From Octopus vulgaris (lineage: Eukaryota), in the NCBI GenBank assembly GCA_951406725.2, contig OX597817.1, positions 104,904,001 to 104,968,000 of the forward strand: a DNA stretch of 64,000 nucleotides. Reading direction: 5' to 3'. Shown one piece after another: positions 57,071 through 64,000 of this stretch. The notes below the pieces were generated by a model. The model worked only from the letters and a program-made list of their open reading frames with translations. It was not told the DNA's origin and made no database searches. Made by a program: the position numbers and the translations under genes. The first letter of the stretch is position 1. Each line of letters opens with the position of its first letter.

Positions 57071-60000
57071 ATTGTTGATCATATTATCTAAAGTCTGACA
57101 AATTTCTTTAGTCTCTCACAAATTCATCTAAACACCAAATTCTCTTGTTGCTTATATTGCTGTACAATTGATGTTTCTCCTAGGAGGTCTTTTTTTCACA
57201 AAATGACAGACTGTATTCCAGGAGTGTTGTACAGGAACTAATATCAGCTGCCCTACCAAGTGAAACTGTGAACAAATTTTGACTTGACTTTTATACAGCA
57301 TTTCCATTAGAGTGTTAGAAACAGGGACCAGTAATTGTTACCTTTTGTAACTTAACTGACAACACTGGTACACTGCTTCACAATTATACGTACATGTATG
57401 AAATGTAGGCTGATGAAGCAACAAGTACAGGTAAATGCATATGGTCTAGTTTATGTAAGAAATGCTGTATTTTGTATCCCCCTAATTATACACCACAGTA
57501 ATTGCAACACCTTTGTGATAATGGACCAAAGAGATCCATAACCCAATATCTTTGTGAAATGTATGTCAAAAACACAGAGAGAAAATTCATTTTTTACCAT
57601 AACATTTAGACATAGGATAATCCCTTGACCAACATTGTTGATCTGTTGCCCATGAAAAACTAGGGTCAAGTTTAATTTCTGTTTCAGTAAATATAGTATT
57701 TGCTGTGCAGCAAATAGATCTCACTTCATTAACTGCATAAATTTGTGTGAAAGTTCTTATTTATATGTGAAAGAACATTTAAAAGTAATACAAGTGTGAG
57801 ATTCCTTTTCAATATCTTACATCCATTATTGATGAGAAGTATCAAATGTCTTCATAATTCGATAGAAAAAAGGTTTTTCACTCAATATGCCCAAATGATG
57901 GAAGGGAATTAACAATCTATTTGCTTGCAATGGTACAATGACAGTGATGATGATGATAATTCTAATTTTGGCACAAGACTAGCAATTTTGAGGAGAAAGT
58001 GTGAGTTGATGCTATCAACTGGTACATTAATCTCTACTGGGATGGAAGACAAAGTTGATTTTAGATGATACAGACACTATGTACAGGGTTTTCTATCCAA
58101 GCTACCAACTGGTTCCACTAGAGTTATATGTATTTTAGGCTTGTCAATTAAGGCAAACTTAGGTGAAAAGAGCAATTGGAAAGAGGGAAAAATCAAAACT
58201 CTTAAATAAAACTCAGAACAGAATAACAGTTCCGATTGAAAGTGAAAGAAAATAACAGTAAAAGAAAGTCAATAGTAGTACATGATGTGAAAATGAAATT
58301 GTCATGCTTGAAAGTTTTCATTATATGAAAAGACTCACAACAGAAACTAACAACCACAAACACAAATTAAAACATGTATCATTTACTGAGAACTCAGATT
58401 TCAATATAATACAGCTGCCATAATTGAAGTGTGTCTAAATATACTTATTTGACAAGTGAAACATTCTGCTTTGAAGTCTTGTTAATATGAGGATTCAGCA
58501 ATCCAAATTTCAATTCCTCACAATATCTTTTGCTGGTTTCAGTCATAGCCACATTGGAACACTGACTTCAATAGTTTGTATGATTATCTCTAACTTTCCT
58601 TCTGATTTCTGATAGCAAATTAAGGAAATAGAAGTAACATACTATTTGGATCAGCAGACAACTTTTGTGCCATCTTACCTCATAAGCTCTGTGCCCTGCT
58701 AAAATTTGCCCTAAAATCTAAAATTCTACCCTTTTCTGATTACTTATGCATATAGTTCAGAGGCTCCATGAGGTACATATTTTTTTCATCTTAATGTTTT
58801 CCAAGTACCTTCTCAACAACTTTCATCTGAAATTGTAAGGTTGAACTTCTATTCTCAGAGATTGTTGATCATATTATCTAAAGTCTGACAAATTTCTTTA
58901 GTCTCTCACAAATTCATCTAAACACCAAATTCTCTTGTTGCTTATATTGCTGTACAATTGATGTTTCTCCTAGGAGGTCTTTTTTTCACAAAATGACAGA
59001 CTGTATTCCAGGAGTGTTGTACAGGAACTAATATCAGCTGCCCTACCAAGTGAAACTGTGAACAAATTTTGACTTGACTTTTATACAGCATTTCCATTAG
59101 AGTGTTAGAAACAGGGACCAGTAATTGTTACCTTTTGTAACTTAACTGACAACACTGGTACACTGCTTCACAATTATACGTACATGTATGAAATGTAGGC
59201 TGATGAAGCAACAAGTACAGGTAAATGCATATGGTCTAGTTTATGTAAGAAATGCTGTATTTTGTATCCCCCTAATTATACACCACAGTAATTGCAACAC
59301 CTTTGTGATAATGGACCAAAGAGATCCATAACCCAATATCTTTGTGAAATGTATGTCAAAAACACAGAGAGAAAATTCATTTTTTACCATAACATTTAGA
59401 CATAGGATAATCCCTTGACCAACATTGTTGATCTGTTGCCCATGAAAAACTAGGGTCAAGTTTAATTTCTGTTTCAGTAAATATAGTATTTGCTGTGCAG
59501 CAAATAGATCTCACTTCATTAACTGCATAAATTTGTGTGAAAGTTCTTATTTATATGTGAAAGAACATTTAAAAGTAATACAAGTGTGAGATTCCTTTTC
59601 AATATCTTACATCCATTATTGATGAGAAGTATCAAATGTCTTCATAATTCGATAGAAAAAAGGTTTTTCACTCAATATGCCCAAATGATGGAAGGGAATT
59701 AACAATCTATTTGCTTGCAATGGTACAATGACAGTGATGATGATGATAATTCTAATTTTGGCACAAGACTAGCAATTTTGAGGAGAAAGTGTGAGTTGAT
59801 GCTATCAACTGGTACATTAATCTCTACTGGGATGGAAGACAAAGTTGATTTTAGATGATACAGACACTATGTACAGGGTTTTCTATCCAAGCTACCAACT
59901 GGTTCCACTAGAGTTATATGTATTTTAGGCTTGTCAATTAAGGCAAACTTAGGTGAAAAGAGCAATTGGAAAGAGGGAAAAATCAAAACTCTTAAATAAA

Positions 60001-60363
60001 ACTCAGAACAGAATAACAGTTCCGATTGAAAGTGAAAGAAAATAACAGTAAAAGAAAGTCAATAGTAGTACATGATGTGAAAATGAAATTGTCATGCTTG
60101 AAAGTTTTCATTATATGAAAAGACTCACAACAGAAACTAACAACCACAAACACAAATTAAAACATGTATCATTTACTGAGAACTCAGATTTCAATATAAT
60201 ACAGCTGCCATAATTGAAGTGTGTCTAAATATACTTATTTGACAAGTGAAACATTCTGCTTTGAAGTCTTGTTAATATGAGGATTCAGCAATCCAAATTT
60301 CAATTCCTCACAATATCTTTTGCTGGTTTCAGTCATAGCCACATTGGAACACTGACTTCAATA
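56787..60363 (+). repeat. Apparently exact tandem duplication of 1787 bp (56787-58573 and 58577-60363) with GTT at the junction
   Basis: Constant offset 1790; identical ORFs at 57451 and 59241; no mismatch noticed by eye. Confidence 0.95.
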
Positions 60364-62229
60364 TCTATATATATCTCAGTCTGGTGCTTATTTTATTAAC
60401 TTCTGCTTGTCAAATCATTAAGGGACATAAAGTGGTAACATAGACTGCTTTTTTTAAAACCAATATAAACAAACACAGTCAAGAAACAGATACACATATG
60501 AGATTCTGCAGTTTTTGTCTACCAAATTCCACACACAAGGTATTGGTTAAACCAGCATTATAGTAGAAAATACTTGCCTAAAGTACACACAGAAAATGAA
60601 TCCAGAACCATAAGGTTTGAAAATGAACTGCTTTACAACACAGCCATACTTGTGAACAATTATCTCAATAATTTTTACACTAATTGTACTCACCAGTATT
60701 TAACTATACTTAGTATTCTAAGACACAGCTGTTTTAATTATCATTTCAATACACTCTATATCATAAACCAATAGTAAGGTATCTAAAACAATTTGTATTA
60801 AAAGATCAATAATCATCACTTCATACTGTAAAATTCAAGGAGTCTACTTCAATTCTGATTGTCATTGGTTTTGCTTAAAGTTTTCCATTGAATTCTACAA
60901 TTAAATCAAAGCTTTAATGATCAAATGAAGATATAAGTACAATCAAGGTATTACTCATGATTTGGATAGCAACATAATTATACACTGACATCATCCTCAT
61001 TTTGTGTCTATATTCCATTCCGATTTGACAGGATCTGAAAGGTCAGGGAACTGTGTTGGGTTCTCACTTCTAGCATGGTTTCTATGGCTGGTTGCTCAGC
61101 CTTATTTTACCGAGTGTACTGGGTGTTTTACGTGCCATCATCACCAGTGAGACTGCCAAGCAGCTTGCAAGAAAAGTTTTTGATATATATCATTAATGAT
61201 TTAATCTACAGTTATTTTCCTATTTATGTCAACAAAATCATTAATGGACAAGTCCTTGGCTGTTTCTCTTAATGAAATACAAATAGAGCATTTCAGGTAT
61301 ATCTTTACACATGCATTTATTCTAATTCAATTTGAGGGGAGGGTTTTCAGAATTTCTACTTTATATCTTATTGCTTCCTGTTCATATGTTATTCCTCAAT
61401 AGAACTAATTCTTCAGTATTTATTTCATTGAGATTATGATAATTGGTTTCACATCTGCAATTGTGTATTTATATTTCAAACCTCCATTTTTTTTTCATCT
61501 TGGGTCACTTCATGACTATTAATCTTTCTAAGGTCAAATCTAATTTTCCCCATTGTAAATTTTAAACAGTTGCCCCAGGTGCCACAAAGTCCCACTCTGT
61601 GGAATCTAGGGCAAATGTCTTCTACTGTAGCCCCAGGCCAACTAAGATCTTGTGAGTGGATATGATGATGGTGGTTAAATTTTCATGTATCTATCGAACC
61701 CTTTGATATCAAAACCACCTGAGATCTCTTGATTTCTATAACACAGAATCACTTATTTTAATGTGTTCACATCTAAGTTAAAACTTCAATGTGATTTTAT
61801 GTAAGAAGGTTTTTCAGCTGAATTATGCAGAAATTAGCTATTTTACTAAACCTCACCAAATTTATAATTATTTTTTTTTTTCAAAAAGCACTACTGTAAA
61901 TGCCAGTCCCTTGATTTGCATTCATCTTTTAAAACCTCCAAATTCAATTGATGCCCTCATTTATAGCTGGTTAACTACAAAAAAGGCTCAGGTATGTGTG
62001 TAATGGGGGACAGGTATACAGAATGCAATAACAGCATTTACATACCCAAAGAACTAATGAGAGAGCCTTTGCACTAGTTATGTAGGGCTTACTGAATGGG
62101 TATGACAATGAAAAATTCCCAAGAAATTTTTTTAGTAGTGTGGCTTGCCTGATGAACCTTATGTAAAAAGATTACCCATGTCTGATCTAGACCTGCTAGA
62201 AATAGTAACCTAATTTTCTTCTGTCTTAA

Positions 62230-62450
62230 CCCTTTAGCAATCAGGTTATTTTGTCAAATGCAATGCTTATTTATTCACATTAGTTTGAACTAATCACTCA
62301 TTATCTCAAATGCTTCAGAATTTCAATGATATGATTGTTATTTTTAGAATTACATTGTAGACTAGATACAAGAGGCCAGATCTGGCCAGTTTGAACAAAA
62401 AAGAGGCAGACTATTTGGGCTGGATTACAGCCAATTTAAATGATAAAGAG
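62230..62450. mobile_element. piggyBac-type MITE
   Basis: TTAA|CCCTTTAGCAATCAG ... TGATAAAGAG|TTAA. Confidence 0.7.
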
Positions 62451-63213
62451 TTAAATACACAAAAGACATATTAGATAATATAATTCTAGATATATTATGG
62501 CTAAGTAATAGAAGAGACGATCATGGTTGGAATCCTTTAATTAAAAGAGTCTGCTGGGTCACATTTGGATGTTGGGACTGAACAGTAATAACCAACAGTA
62601 AATAAGTGTAATTGTAAACTTTACATATATATATATATATAAAGGATCTCCTTTTGGGTCAATGACAAGTGAAAGAACTGGCCTATGAATGGCATAGAAC
62701 ATTCACTGAATTAGCAGCAGAGTGGCTGAATATTCCATAGATATGTGTGCTTTGAATTATGGTTGCAGTCAATCTGGAGCGCTCCCAAACAAGTTTTGAT
62801 TATGCAATTTCATTTGTAAGGCACAAGTCGGCCCAGGGTTACATCAAGATACACTTGCTTAAGATGCCACACATCATGACTTAACCCAAAATCTCACAAT
62901 TGCAAAGTGAACTACTTAACCACTTGGACATGTGTATGTATTATACATTTACACACACATATCACATCTCCGTTGTTAATGGCATTTTAATTTTTTTAAC
63001 TCTGTAAGGAATGCAGTAGTTGTGTAGCAGTTTACTTGAAAGTTTCGGTAACAATATGTGGAGGTTTGATTTAAAATAATGTTTGAAGCCTAATAATTTC
63101 TATACCAACATCTTCATTATGTTACCTGTGATTATAACGAATGGCTATCTCTCTCTTTCTGAGGAATGAACCTAGAACCATGTGCTAGGGAAGTACGCTT
63201 TTATAGCACAGCC

Positions 63214-63244
<31 letters not shown>

Positions 63245-63245
63245 C

Positions 63246-63289
<44 letters not shown>

Positions 63290-63307
63290 GTATATATATA
63301 TATATAC

Positions 63308-63394
<87 letters not shown>
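63214..63394. repeat. (TA)n microsatellite
   Basis: Direct inspection. Confidence 0.95.
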
Positions 63395-63395
<1 letters not shown>

Positions 63396-63970
63396 TTATT
63401 ATCGTTTAACGTCCGTTTTCCATGCTAGCATGGGTTGGACAATGACTGGGGTCTGAGAAGCCAAGAGGCTGCACCAGGCTCCAGTCTGATCTGGCAGTGT
63501 TTCTACAGCTAGATGCCCTTCCTAACGCCAACCACTCCATGAGTGTAGTGGGTGCTTTTTATGTGCCACCGGCACAGGGGCCAGAGGAAGATGGCAATAT
63601 ATATATATACTTGTTTCAATAATTGTGCTGGGACACCACCATGAAGAGTTTAGTTGTTGAACAAATTGACTCCAGTACTGATTTTTAAAGTCTGGTACTT
63701 AGGTACTCATACTATCGGTTTTATTTGCCAAACAACTAAATTATGAGGATGAAAAGAAACATCTGTTAGTGGTGGTGGGAGACAAATACAACACACACAC
63801 ACATGCATATATATATATATATATATATAAATCGATACATATATTATATATGAGCGATGGGATTCTTTTAGTTTCCATATACCAAATCCATTCACAAAGA
63901 CTTGGTCAGCGCAGGAATGAACCCAGAACCATGTGGTTGGGAAGCAAGTTTCTTACAGCACAGCCACACT
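63395..63970 (-). mobile_element. Two SINE copies
   Basis: ATCGTTTAACGTCCGTTTTCCATGCTAGCATGGGTTGGAC... family, followed by the tRNA-derived family ending GGGAAGCAAGTTTCTTACAGCACAGCC. Confidence 0.8.
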
Positions 63971-64000
63971 TGCATGTATGTATGTGTGTGTACAAGCAAG

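Overview
AT-rich eukaryotic (animal) genomic DNA with spliceosomal introns and a dense load of SINEs, LINEs, DNA transposons and microsatellites. The repeat families look like those of Octopus (inference from recalled repeat sequences). Two host protein-coding genes are supported, both on the minus strand. (1) ITPA (inosine triphosphate pyrophosphatase): three coding exons reconstructed by hand (19562-19479, 16596-16404, 15556-15264; 189 aa). (2) An uncharacterised 1734-aa, mostly disordered protein encoded by one 5.2-kb coding exon (47376-42172). It has three AT-hooks, two HCF-1-binding motifs, an ARKS histone-mimic-like motif and a C-terminal coiled coil resembling that of vertebrate LRIF1. 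This protein is the best candidate for an undescribed system, possibly an HP1/SMCHD1-type chromatin adaptor, but that is inference. The rest is mobile-element material (Penelope, CR1, RTE, Helitron, mariner, pogo/Tigger, hAT, piggyBac-type MITEs, a foldback element with TTAGGG repeats), several local inverted duplications (concentrated in and just upstream of ITPA) and an apparently exact 1.79-kb tandem duplication. No rRNA, tRNA gene or CRISPR array is supported.
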